Source of the DNA: a virus
Lineage: Duplodnaviria; Caudoviricetes
Reading direction: 5' to 3' (one strand)
Virus record (IMG/VR): IMGVR_UViG_3300023218_000014
Span: 1-24,401 of that record
Length of the DNA stretch: 24,401 nucleotides
Shown here: positions 15,770-24,107 of the stretch, piece after piece
Position numbering within the stretch: position 1 is the first letter of the stretch
Layout of the letters: every line of letters starts with the position of its first letter
Made by a program: the position numbers and the translations under genes
The notes under the pieces: model-generated
Told to the model about the DNA's origin: nothing
Databases searched by the model: none
The model's input: the letters and a program-made list of their open reading frames with translations, nothing else

Positions 15770-16257
15770 GACGAGACTCCGTTCAGCTTATGGTAGCCGT
15801 AGTAGGCGATAAGCGCGGCCTCGGCCGCACCATCCTTATAGCCGCCCCTCGGCCCCTTGAAGGCCGAAACCATGTTGGGGAAAAGCGCCATCGCGCGTCC
15901 GACAGACGCCCCCTTGTCGGTCGAGTTCGCGATCCCGACACCGTTTTTCCACACCTGCGGATTGACCATCGTGACCGGAATCCCGCTCGCGACCATCAAC
16001 ATCCGCAGTTCGCCACAGACGTAGCCGAACTTGAACGAACTCGACCCGCCTTCGCTCGGACGGGCACCAACGCGCTCGATGTAGGCGTGGTTCGCATGGC
16101 CGATAAGCACATTGAATTGATCGACCAATTCGGCGCCGGCCAGTTCCTTGCCGCGCCCGGACGACTTGAGGGACGGCACGTCGAGGACGATGAGGTCCGA
16201 TCCATCGTAACACGCGATGGCGCCGGACAATCCTGGGTCGATACCGATGACCCTCAT
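15766..16257 (-). CDS. ruvC: RuvC-like Holliday junction resolvase
   Basis: VIGIDPGLSGAIA, YIERV, SSFKFG, V.PQVWK and DGAAEAALIA motifs. Confidence 0.85.
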   Translation of the reverse strand: MRVIGIDPGLSGAIACYDGSDLIVLDVPSLKSSGRGKELAGAELVDQFNVLIGHANHAYIERVGARPSEGGSSSFKFGYVCGELRMLMVASGIPVTMVNPQVWKNGVGIANSTDKGASVGRAMALFPNMVSAFKGPRGGYKDGAAEAALIAYYGYHKLNGVSS

Positions 16258-16538
16258 AGGATGTCGTCCAGCGAGGACTCAGGGGCGCCCTCGTCAGGAT
16301 CGTGGACGAAATACCAGTCCGGGATCTTGAACTCCGCGTGTATGCCTCGCATCGCCTTCGCGGCGGCGTGTCCGAATTCCGTGACCGTCACGTCTTCGCC
16401 CTCGCCTAGCTTAAGGTACTCGCCCCGGATGAGTCTTGCGCGAGACCTGGAGCCTCGCACCCGCTGCCCCGCGACCGCCGCTCTCAGATTGGCGCAGTCC
16501 ACAAGGTAATCCGGGATCTCTACTCGACGTATCGTCAT
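16254..16538 (-). CDS. Hypothetical protein (94 aa)
   Basis: ATG 16538 preceded by GAAAGGA; stop overlaps the ruvC start (ATGA); ends LDDIL. Confidence 0.65.
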   Translation of the reverse strand: MTIRRVEIPDYLVDCANLRAAVAGQRVRGSRSRARLIRGEYLKLGEGEDVTVTEFGHAAAKAMRGIHAEFKIPDWYFVHDPDEGAPESSLDDIL

Positions 16539-16581
16539 AGATTTCCTTTCGGTGGCGTTATGGCCGTTTCGGGCCGAAGAG

Positions 16582-18675
16582 TCAATCTTTCTTGTACCGA
16601 TAGTCCGACCAACCCGCAACGCCGACCGGGCACCCCTGAGCCCAAGGTGGCACGTAGGCCATAAGCTGCTCAAACTCTTGCTGCGAGCCGTAGGTATCAT
16701 CCGTCTCGGCCACGATCTCGTCGTGGACGGTCAGGATTATCGGGTAGCCGGCGCGCTCGCACCTTATCATGGCCTCGACCATGAGATCACGCGAGATGGC
16801 TTGGACTATATTCTCAGTAAGCTTGCCCCCGTACGTATCAGTACGTCGCCAACGACCCCCTTTCTGGCTGTCGCGGGACATATACGTAACCTTGTACTCC
16901 TTACCCCGAAAGCCCTGGTATTCCTCCAGCATAGGGTCGTAGAACCAAAGACAACGGCCATTCGGGAGTCGGCAAATAAGCCACCTACCGGCCTCATCCC
17001 CGATAACGGCAAAAGTAACACACGAGTAACTGAACTGAAATCCGGGATTCTTTACCGCCTCGATACAGGCTTCATTCACGCCTCGCCAGAACGCCTTGAT
17101 GTTCGGGTGGCGGCCTCGCCATTCGTTCTTGTAATTCTGTATCTCTTCTTCTGACCTAGTACCCGACTTATCAAACTGTACCCAAGCGCCGACCCCACCT
17201 TCGTAGCCAAAAGCAAGTTCACAGATTTTGCCGATTTGGCGATCCTCCGGATTCTCTTTCTTCGTGACTGTCCGTCCGAAAATCTTTGACGCGGTGGCGC
17301 AATAGATGTCGTCAGCGCCTTCGTATTTCTTACCTTTCTGTATGGTCCGGAAGGCTTCGAGTTTCCATTCCTCTCCCGCCACCCAGGCCAGAACGCAAGC
17401 CTCGATCGCGCTGAAATCCGCCACCCGCAGGATCTTCCCCGGCCCGGCGATGAACATGCCCCGCAGAGATGACGCCAGGGCGTCCATGGGACTGTCGTAC
17501 AGCATTTCGAGCAAGTCCAGATCACCGGACTTGATCACGCTGAAGAGCGTGTCCATGTCTTTCGTGATCTTCTCGTCACCGCGAGGGAAGTTCTGGGGCT
17601 GGACAAGCCTACCGGCCCACCGGCCCGTGCTGGTGCCGTGATATTGCAGAAGCCCGCGCACCCGTCCGTCGTGGCACGCGCAATCGCGTAGCTTGATCAG
17701 CTTCTTGGTCGAAGCTTTCGAGAGTTCCGCCCTGATCTGTAGGACGCGGCGGACCGGGGGCGAGAGATCCTTGCGCTTTAGTTCTTCCGATACCGTATGG
17801 GCTTGCATGTTCGGCATATCGCACCCCCGTCGGGAGAGCCATTGCTGAACTTTCGCCAGTTTATCTATCGAGTCTAGCTCGCCGTCGGTTAGTTCTTTGA
17901 GTTCTTTTGTCAGCTTTTCCTTATAGGTCACAATCAAGTTAAGTGCCTTATTGACCGCATCAAGGTCAACCTGGATACCACGATTATTGATCTTCTGATC
18001 CATGGTCCAGACATAGTATTCTGACTTGGGCAACTCGCCTAACGTGTGCGATAGGCTCTCCTCAGCCAGTACGTCTTGGTCGCAGTACCGATATAGCTCT
18101 TCGAGCAAGTCTGGATCGTTTCTGTATTTCACCGGATATGGCGCATCCTCGTCGAAGATGCCCTGATTCTTCAACTCATCAAATGCTTTCTTTTCATCTT
18201 TACGTAACTTACGCGGGCTGCTAAGCTGACTCAACAAATACTTGCCGCGCTTGTCCTTCTGGGTCTGTAGACCTAGGGCTTCGCCAGCTTGGTCGAGCGA
18301 AAGCGGCAGAGCCCGGTAGGCGCAGACCGCTTGCGTGTCAAGCCATTTTGTCGGCATCGGGATACCGTTCTGGCACAGCTTGTGGTACCACACGGCTTGC
18401 TCGAACTGTGCGTTGTGCGCCTCGACCGCGCCACCGGATCGGATGTGCTCAATCAGGTGCTTCGGGAAATCTTCACCCGGAACCCAACGGAACGTCGGCC
18501 GCGCCCCCGTGCCGTGAAGTGAGTACGAGTACCGGAACGACAGCACCAGGATTTCGGTCGAGGGGTGCTCGGCATATCGCCATGCGCCTACGTCGCGAAC
18601 ATCAAGTTCGCTCCGGGTCTCGAAGTCGATCGTGACTCGAGGGAGTCCGTACGGGGCGGCAGATTGTGCGGTCAT
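16582..18675 (-). CDS. polA: Family A DNA polymerase with 3'-5' exonuclease domain (no 5'-3' exonuclease), Leu762 type
   Basis: Exo I DFETRS, Exo II HNAQFE, Exo III YCDQD; TGRWAG..QPQN; motif A DFSAIEA, motif B RQIGKICELAFGY, motif C TVHDEI. Confidence 0.95.
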   Translation of the reverse strand: MTAQSAAPYGLPRVTIDFETRSELDVRDVGAWRYAEHPSTEILVLSFRYSYSLHGTGARPTFRWVPGEDFPKHLIEHIRSGGAVEAHNAQFEQAVWYHKLCQNGIPMPTKWLDTQAVCAYRALPLSLDQAGEALGLQTQKDKRGKYLLSQLSSPRKLRKDEKKAFDELKNQGIFDEDAPYPVKYRNDPDLLEELYRYCDQDVLAEESLSHTLGELPKSEYYVWTMDQKINNRGIQVDLDAVNKALNLIVTYKEKLTKELKELTDGELDSIDKLAKVQQWLSRRGCDMPNMQAHTVSEELKRKDLSPPVRRVLQIRAELSKASTKKLIKLRDCACHDGRVRGLLQYHGTSTGRWAGRLVQPQNFPRGDEKITKDMDTLFSVIKSGDLDLLEMLYDSPMDALASSLRGMFIAGPGKILRVADFSAIEACVLAWVAGEEWKLEAFRTIQKGKKYEGADDIYCATASKIFGRTVTKKENPEDRQIGKICELAFGYEGGVGAWVQFDKSGTRSEEEIQNYKNEWRGRHPNIKAFWRGVNEACIEAVKNPGFQFSYSCVTFAVIGDEAGRWLICRLPNGRCLWFYDPMLEEYQGFRGKEYKVTYMSRDSQKGGRWRRTDTYGGKLTENIVQAISRDLMVEAMIRCERAGYPIILTVHDEIVAETDDTYGSQQEFEQLMAYVPPWAQGCPVGVAGWSDYRYKKD

Positions 18676-18712
18676 CAGAAACCTTGGGCTGGCCGGACCC
18701 GGCCGGTTATGG

Positions 18713-18744
18713 AAAAGCCGCCTCGGGGGCGAACCCCCGAGACG
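18713..18744 (-). terminator. Intrinsic terminator after the SSB gene
   Basis: Minus strand gcgt-ctcggggg-TTCG-cccccgag-gcg followed by gcttttcc. Confidence 0.75.
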
Positions 18745-18767
18745 CGAACAGATGCAGTCAGATCAGA

Positions 18768-19457
18768 TCAGAACGGAATGTCGTCGTCGAGGCCGTCGGT
18801 CGGATCATGCTCGGACGAGCCGCCCGTGATGCCGTCGAAGCGATCCATCATAGAGGGCGAACCCAGCTTCTCGCCCTGGCGGACGAACTTGGTGCCGCCG
18901 AGGTAGAACTTGATGAACCGTCCCTGGGGCGTCTCGGTGGCCTTGACGGTGACTTCCGACAAGGCGTAGTTGCCGCCGACGAAGAGCGACTCGATCTTCG
19001 CCTTGTCGGCGTCGTCGCCGCGCACGAGTTCGACACGGCGCTTGTTCTCGACCGTGTAGAGGCGAGGCGGGATCGACTCGTCGGTGCCGGCGCGGATGAC
19101 CTTCATGCCCTTGTAGTGGTCACCCTTCTTGCCCTTGCGCTCCTGCTCGGCAGCGCGGGTGTCGCCATCGTGGATCGGCCAGTTACGACCGGGCTGGAAC
19201 TCTGACTTGACGTTGATGCCGGGCCACTGCTCCTTCGCGACCTGGGCCGCGATCTGCCGGACATCGACCTCCTCGAAGTTGCCGGTCTCGTCGTTCCAGA
19301 GCTTGAACGCCTGAAGGTCGGCGGCCTCGAAGATCATCTCGACGTTGTAGCTCTTCTTGCCGTCGGCCTTGTCCTGGAAGGACCTCGGCTGCGAGAGGTT
19401 CGGGAACGACATCCGGTAAACCGGGGTGATCAGGATACGGGAAGCTGCTTTTGCCAT
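18768..19457 (-). CDS. ssb: ssDNA-binding protein (DUF2815 / gp2.5-like)
   Basis: RMSFPNL..P, WPIHDGD and F.RQGEKLG motifs; acidic C-terminus DDDIPF; located between DUF2800 and polA. Confidence 0.85.
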   Translation of the reverse strand: MAKAASRILITPVYRMSFPNLSQPRSFQDKADGKKSYNVEMIFEAADLQAFKLWNDETGNFEEVDVRQIAAQVAKEQWPGINVKSEFQPGRNWPIHDGDTRAAEQERKGKKGDHYKGMKVIRAGTDESIPPRLYTVENKRRVELVRGDDADKAKIESLFVGGNYALSEVTVKATETPQGRFIKFYLGGTKFVRQGEKLGSPSMMDRFDGITGGSSEHDPTDGLDDDIPF

Positions 19458-19494
19458 GTTACCTCACAGATAGCTAGGGTGTTGCACAGATAAC

Positions 19495-20679
19495 CTAGAG
19501 CCCTTCAGAATCCAGGAAGGCTTCCATCGGGCGCCGGGCAGGGGGTCTTTTATCGCTCGCGGGCGCCAGTGTCAAGCCAGTTTGTGGCTTGTAGCAGTAA
19601 GTGGTCACGAGATCCTTACCGCCCGTGAGTTTTTCGATCTGTGCCGGGCTCTTGAGCTTGGGGGCCGTGTAGGCGTCCTCGCCCAGGACCTCCTTCACGG
19701 CCTTCTCGGCGCCCTCTTTCCAGATCCGGTCCCCCCGCTTGTTCACGAGTTTGAAGCCATCAAGTACATGACCGTTCATCGCACGCTCGAAAGCCGTCCG
19801 CTCAACCTCGTCGAGGAATCGACGGATCGAGGATGCCTTGTTCATGATGTCCGTCAATTCGCTATCGGTCAGGACCTCGACCGAATCGCGCTTTTCCAAC
19901 TCGACGGTCTCGCCCTTGATGGCCGGACAGAACATCTTGGCGGGGCAGAATTGGCACCAGGAGCCGACGTTCAGCGGGGCGTTCGGGTCATAGGTCTCCT
20001 GTGCGGCCGGGACGACGGTCTGGGTGAACCAATCGGTAAGGATTGGTTCGGAACTCACGTGTAGACGGTTCTGCCCCTTCGGATGCGCGATACGGGGTTG
20101 GGAGATCCAGAGTTCGACCACCAGATCACGCAATTCCGGCCTCTGGATAAGCGAATACTCGCACGCCAGATAGCCGTAATACGAGAGTTGTTCGGTCGTG
20201 GGCTCGACCGTGATCCCGATGCCGTGCTTGTAGTCGATCACGATGATGCGATCCTGCGGGACCTCGATCACGACATCGCTGGTGCCATACAGGTCCGGAT
20301 TGAGCAGACTCTCCATCCCGCGTTCGACGTGAAGTGTCGGATTCTTGTCCTTATGCTGGTCGAGTTTCTGGCGGACAAGATCGACGCACACCTGGACGGC
20401 ATCGGCCATCTCGGGCGTAACGTCGATCTTGCTCTGCCCTACCTCGATCGTGGTCCCGACGTACTCCCATGCGTCACAGTCGTTCTCCAGGCACCCGGCC
20501 AGCACCGTATGGGCGGCCGTGCCCTCGTCGGCCGCCATGCTGGACTGGTCCTTGACGCCGTACTTTTCTGCCGCGCGTTCGTACAGCCCTATCGAACCCG
20601 GACAGTTCATCCAGCGAGTGGCCGAGGAAGCGCCCCGTTTGCTGTGGTAAACGTCCTCCGCCTTGATGACCGCTCGCAC
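19495..20679 (-). CDS. DUF2800 PD-(D/E)xK (Cas4-like) nuclease
   Basis: ASSATRWMNCPGS, EGTAAH, GTSD, IDYKHG.G, QPR, WCQFCPAK..C and KLKSPAQIEK motifs; GTG start after GGAGG. Confidence 0.9.
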   Translation of the reverse strand: MRAVIKAEDVYHSKRGASSATRWMNCPGSIGLYERAAEKYGVKDQSSMAADEGTAAHTVLAGCLENDCDAWEYVGTTIEVGQSKIDVTPEMADAVQVCVDLVRQKLDQHKDKNPTLHVERGMESLLNPDLYGTSDVVIEVPQDRIIVIDYKHGIGITVEPTTEQLSYYGYLACEYSLIQRPELRDLVVELWISQPRIAHPKGQNRLHVSSEPILTDWFTQTVVPAAQETYDPNAPLNVGSWCQFCPAKMFCPAIKGETVELEKRDSVEVLTDSELTDIMNKASSIRRFLDEVERTAFERAMNGHVLDGFKLVNKRGDRIWKEGAEKAVKEVLGEDAYTAPKLKSPAQIEKLTGGKDLVTTYCYKPQTGLTLAPASDKRPPARRPMEAFLDSEGL

Positions 20680-20720
20680 GATGAACCTCCGGATTCGAGT
20701 GGGTGTGGACTAGGCGCCGA

Positions 20721-21437
20721 TCAACCGGTCGCGAGTTCGGTGATGCGCTTCTTGAGAACCGGGCGCTGCGACTCCGAGACCTCACTGGTCCGCGAGACGC
20801 CGAACTCATCCGCCATGACCTGCTTGACGGCCGGGATCGTGATCTTCTTGCTCTGCACCATCTCGGCCACGAACGCCTGGAGTTCGGCGGCCGAGATAGG
20901 CTCGGGCGACTCCTCGCCCACCAGACCGGCGAACTCGTCGTCCTCGTCATCGCCCGGAACATCGCTGGCCGCCGGGGCGGGCTCGTCATCGCCCGGAACA
21001 TCGCTGGCCGCCGGGGCGGGCTCGTCCGGGATGTCGTCCGACTTGGGCTTGGACTCGGCCTTGGCCTTCGACTCAGCCTTGGGCGGACGACCGCGACGCT
21101 TCGGCGCCTCTTGGGGCTTGTCGTCGCCCGGAACGTCGTCGGAACTGCTCTTGGCCGGCGCGGGCTCGCCCGGAACGTCGTCGGAACCGCTCTTGGTCGC
21201 CGGGGCGCTGGAGGACTTGACGGTTGGCGTGACGGTCGCGGAGGTCTGGCCGGTCTGGCCCTTGAGGCCCGCGTGCGTGATCTCGCGCGCCTGCGCCATC
21301 AGGCTGTTGGCCGCGTCGGCGTAGCCGGTCTCGTCTTCGCCGAATGAGGCATGGAACGTGATGTGCGCCTCGGCGGGCTCGAACTGCTGGACCTGGACCT
21401 TGCGGCTGAAATGGACTTCGACGGCGTGAACGTGCAT
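20721..21437 (-). CDS. Hypothetical protein with a long acidic Pro/Ala-rich repetitive linker
   Basis: 238 aa. N-terminal YSRKV...EP.E-like domain, (D/S)D(V/I)P(G/D) repeats, KRRGRPPK motif and a helical C-terminal domain. This is the usual position for such genes upstream of DUF2800. Confidence 0.75.
   Translation of the reverse strand: MHVHAVEVHFSRKVQVQQFEPAEAHITFHASFGEDETGYADAANSLMAQAREITHAGLKGQTGQTSATVTPTVKSSSAPATKSGSDDVPGEPAPAKSSSDDVPGDDKPQEAPKRRGRPPKAESKAKAESKPKSDDIPDEPAPAASDVPGDDEPAPAASDVPGDDEDDEFAGLVGEESPEPISAAELQAFVAEMVQSKKITIPAVKQVMADEFGVSRTSEVSESQRPVLKKRITELATG
20943..21026. repeat. 39-bp perfect tandem repeat (2.15 copies)
   Basis: ctcgtcatcgcccggaacatcgctggccgccggggcggg at 20943 and 20982; encodes DEPAPAASDVPGD twice. 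Confidence 0.95.
21124..21207. repeat. 42-bp imperfect tandem repeat (2 copies)
   Basis: tcgcccggaacgtcgtcggaac(t/c)gctcttgg at 21124 and 21166; encodes KS(G/S)SDDVPG units. Confidence 0.9.
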
Positions 21438-21471
21438 CGTCTTCCTCTCGTGGGTTTGGGGTGTGGATCGG

Positions 21472-21501
21472 AAGCTAGGACAAAACCGGAAGCGGTGTCA
21501 A
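21472..21501 (-). promoter_or_regulatory. sigma70-like promoter for the linker protein-nuclease-SSB genes
   Basis: Minus strand: TTGACA (overlapping the upstream stop codon), 18 bp spacer, TAGCTT. Confidence 0.55.
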
Positions 21502-21698
21502 GACCAATCGTCGAGATCGTCTTCGAGATCGACATCCTGTGGCCTCAACCGCTGGCGGTTGCGCCCCTCACGCATATCGGACTCGACCCGACGCATCCTG
21601 AACCTCGCATCGGCCAGACTCTTGGCTGCCGGGTTTCGCTTCCCGCCGGCCTTCTTGCGATTCCAGCGATCGCGAGATTGTTCCTTGTCCATCGTCAT
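21498..21698 (-). CDS. Small basic protein with acidic tail (66 aa)
   Basis: ATGA-coupled to the helicase stop, GGAG RBS; contains KRNPAAKSLADARFRMRRVES. Confidence 0.65.
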   Translation of the reverse strand: MTMDKEQSRDRWNRKKAGGKRNPAAKSLADARFRMRRVESDMREGRNRQRLRPQDVDLEDDLDDWS

Positions 21699-23299
21699 CT
21701 CCGGTCTAGAGCTTCGTAAGTCGTATGGGTCTTGTCCAGGATAGCGGCCAATACGCGCTCGTCAAGACTCTCTTCCACGATCGCGAATTGCGCGACTACG
21801 TTATCGTGCTGGCCGATGCGGTGGCACCTGTCGATAGCCTGTTCGTTCACTCCCGGCGTCCAGGCGGGTTCGGTCACGAGGACGTGATTGCACACCCGCT
21901 GAAGGCCGTCAATACCCGTGCCGGCGGCGTCAATCTGTCCCGAGAATATCCGGCAATTCGGGTCGTTCACGAAGGAATCGACTGCTGACTGCTTCTGGAG
22001 CGATGAGTTGCCGCCCCGGACCTCGACCACGCCGTAGCGATTGAGTTCAGACCGGAGTGCGTCCATTACGGACTTGTGATGGCTGAACATCACGAGTTTC
22101 GGAACTTCCGCGATGTCGAGCAGATACTTGACGTGCTCGACAACTCGCGGAACCTTGGCTTCGCCCATCTCGCGTCTGATTGTCGAGATCTGGCCCCAAA
22201 GTTCCGAGAACGGATCGCGGAGATCATTAACGTCGAAGTATAGAAGTCGCTCCCGTGCCAGAACATCGCGGATACGGCCGTTCGGTTCCAAGTAGGCGAA
22301 CTCATACCGTTTGTCGGGCAGATCGGTCAGCACGTCCGCCTTGAGCCGACGTGTCAGGAGATTGCACCGGAGTCTCGCCTGTAGCTCCGGAAGCCGCCCC
22401 CGCTTCTCCAGGACCGCGCCAGTCCCGACCTCCCGGACGGGGTTGAACCTGTACCGGAACTCGTCGAGGCTTTTCCAGTCGATAGCCTCATGGCAGAGGG
22501 CACGCACCAGAGTGTAGCACTCGCGAGGACGGTTCGGCAATGGCGTGCCGGTAAGGGCCATGATCTTACGGGCTCTCTGACCGATCCATCGGTCCTTGAA
22601 CGGCTCGGAACGCCCACCGCCGAACACCGCTCGCGTTCGCTGCGCCTCGCCGCTCTTGAGGAAATGTGCTTCGTCAAGCACGAGCAGATCCCAGTCGGTA
22701 TCGCACAGGAGTTGGTGGACGCCGTGGTTCCGGGCGAGATCGTACGATACTATGACGAAGTTGGCGTCAGGGTTGATCCCGTCAGTGGATTTCATGACCG
22801 GATAGATGATCGGCCTCTTGAGCGTAGACCACGCCAAGGCTTCCCGCCTCCAGTTAAGCCTTATACTGGCCGGGCAGACGATCAGGACCCGCTTCGCCTC
22901 GATCGAGTTCGCGACGCCCCACGTCGTGATCGTCTTGCCGAGTCCCATCTCGTCGCCGATGATGCAGTTGTCGCGGTTCAGCGCGTAGTTGATGCCCGCC
23001 TTCTGGAACGGCATGTATTCCTTACCCTTGGGGCTCGGGAAGTCACCGTCATGATCAGTGGCCCATGATTCCTCATAGTCTCGATGCAGGCCCGCCAGTT
23101 TCTTTCGCGCCGACTCGTCAGCACATGACCAGAACGGTAAGGCGGCATAGGGCTCTTGCGTGAACCACACGTTCTCGCCGTTCGGCCCTTTGGCGGTCTT
23201 GGAATATGTCAGTCCCGCCGTCTCGGCCTCGGCCTTGTCCGAGTCTAGGCCGTACATCAAGAAGTCGCCCGTCCGGGCGTTAAATCGCATGAGTTCCAT
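21695..23299 (-). CDS. SNF2-family (SF2) helicase/ATPase
   Basis: PFQ, GDEMGLGKT, CPAS, SYD, LDEAH, LTGTP and EQAIDRCHRIGQ motifs. Confidence 0.93.
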   Translation of the reverse strand: MELMRFNARTGDFLMYGLDSDKAEAETAGLTYSKTAKGPNGENVWFTQEPYAALPFWSCADESARKKLAGLHRDYEESWATDHDGDFPSPKGKEYMPFQKAGINYALNRDNCIIGDEMGLGKTITTWGVANSIEAKRVLIVCPASIRLNWRREALAWSTLKRPIIYPVMKSTDGINPDANFVIVSYDLARNHGVHQLLCDTDWDLLVLDEAHFLKSGEAQRTRAVFGGGRSEPFKDRWIGQRARKIMALTGTPLPNRPRECYTLVRALCHEAIDWKSLDEFRYRFNPVREVGTGAVLEKRGRLPELQARLRCNLLTRRLKADVLTDLPDKRYEFAYLEPNGRIRDVLARERLLYFDVNDLRDPFSELWGQISTIRREMGEAKVPRVVEHVKYLLDIAEVPKLVMFSHHKSVMDALRSELNRYGVVEVRGGNSSLQKQSAVDSFVNDPNCRIFSGQIDAAGTGIDGLQRVCNHVLVTEPAWTPGVNEQAIDRCHRIGQHDNVVAQFAIVEESLDERVLAAILDKTHTTYEALDRR

Positions 23300-23305
23300 A
23301 CTGGT

Positions 23306-23800
23306 CTACCGTCGAAGCGGTGAGGTTGAGATCAGTTCCGCCTCCGGCACGGCTTCGGTCTCGATCAACTCGACACCAGCCTCGCGGCACAGGACCCGCG
23401 TGGTGGCGAACGATTCGCCGAACCGATCCAACCGTGCCTGAATGACCGTCTTGGGCGCCATGATGAACTTGATACCGGCCTGGATCAAGAGGAGCGCACA
23501 GTTCGAACACGGCAGCCAGGGCCAGACGTAGGCCGAATAGCCCACAAGCCGTTCGCGAGCGTGCAGAATCGCGTTCGCCTCCGCGTGAATGATCCGGCGG
23601 TACTTCTGGTCCCGGTCACGATAGAGTTCGGGCCGGTCCTCGATATAGCGCGGGAACCCGTTGTAACCCTTCGACGCGATGGTTCGATCTCGCCGGACCA
23701 GAACGGCACCGCACTGAGTGCTCGGGTCCTTCGACATGCGGGCGGCCAGCCTCGCCTCGTCGAGGAAGTAGTCGTGCCAGCGCGGCCCCCACTCGTCCAT
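23306..23800 (-). CDS. dCMP deaminase
   Basis: SKDPSTQCGA, GYNGFPR, HAEANA and PCSNC zinc-deaminase motifs. Confidence 0.92.
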   Translation of the reverse strand: MDEWGPRWHDYFLDEARLAARMSKDPSTQCGAVLVRRDRTIASKGYNGFPRYIEDRPELYRDRDQKYRRIIHAEANAILHARERLVGYSAYVWPWLPCSNCALLLIQAGIKFIMAPKTVIQARLDRFGESFATTRVLCREAGVELIETEAVPEAELISTSPLRR

Positions 23801-24051
23801 CAGATCCCCACCTTGTTCGAGAGTTCGGCGCGCTCGTGGTCCGAGTTCAGCCGCGCCTCATTCGCACAGTCGGAACAGCGCCACTGATCGTCCAGATCGT
23901 GGCGATGCCCGAAACCCTCGCCGCAGTCATCGCAGTGCCACAGGTCGGCCTCATCGTCGAAGTCCTGATGATCCGGCTCTTCGTGCGGATCGTGACGGCC
24001 GACGAGCATATGATCCCAAAGCGACAAGTAAGGCTCTCTTTGCATCGTCAT
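23800..24051 (-). CDS. Small hypothetical protein with two CxxC motifs (putative zinc finger)
   Basis: CDDC...CSDC; GAGAGG RBS; TGATG coupling to the dCMP deaminase gene. Confidence 0.65.
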   Translation of the reverse strand: MTMQREPYLSLWDHMLVGRHDPHEEPDHQDFDDEADLWHCDDCGEGFGHRHDLDDQWRCSDCANEARLNSDHERAELSNKVGI

Positions 24052-24075
24052 CCTCTCGGGTAGGTGATGGCGCCC

Positions 24076-24103
24076 AAGATAGCGGCTATTCCGCTTGTGT
24101 CAA
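24076..24103 (-). promoter_or_regulatory. sigma70-like promoter heading the replication genes
   Basis: Minus strand: TTGACA, 16 bp spacer, TATCTT, in the intergenic gap. The spacer contains a short inverted repeat agcgg/ccgct. Confidence 0.6.
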
Positions 24104-24107
24104 CCCC

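Noticed and set aside
10706-18675. Introns or inteins in nrdJ or polA
   Set aside because: Both frames are continuous and of normal length, with no splice-junction or homing-endonuclease motifs seen.
19495-20679. Cas4 as evidence of a CRISPR-Cas system
   Set aside because: It is a DUF2800 nuclease in the standard phage DUF2800-DUF2815-PolA module; there are no other cas genes or arrays.
20083-21324. 413-aa plus-strand ORF (and similar antisense ORFs across 11000-23900)
   Set aside because: Antisense shadows of well-supported minus-strand genes; no recognisable motifs.
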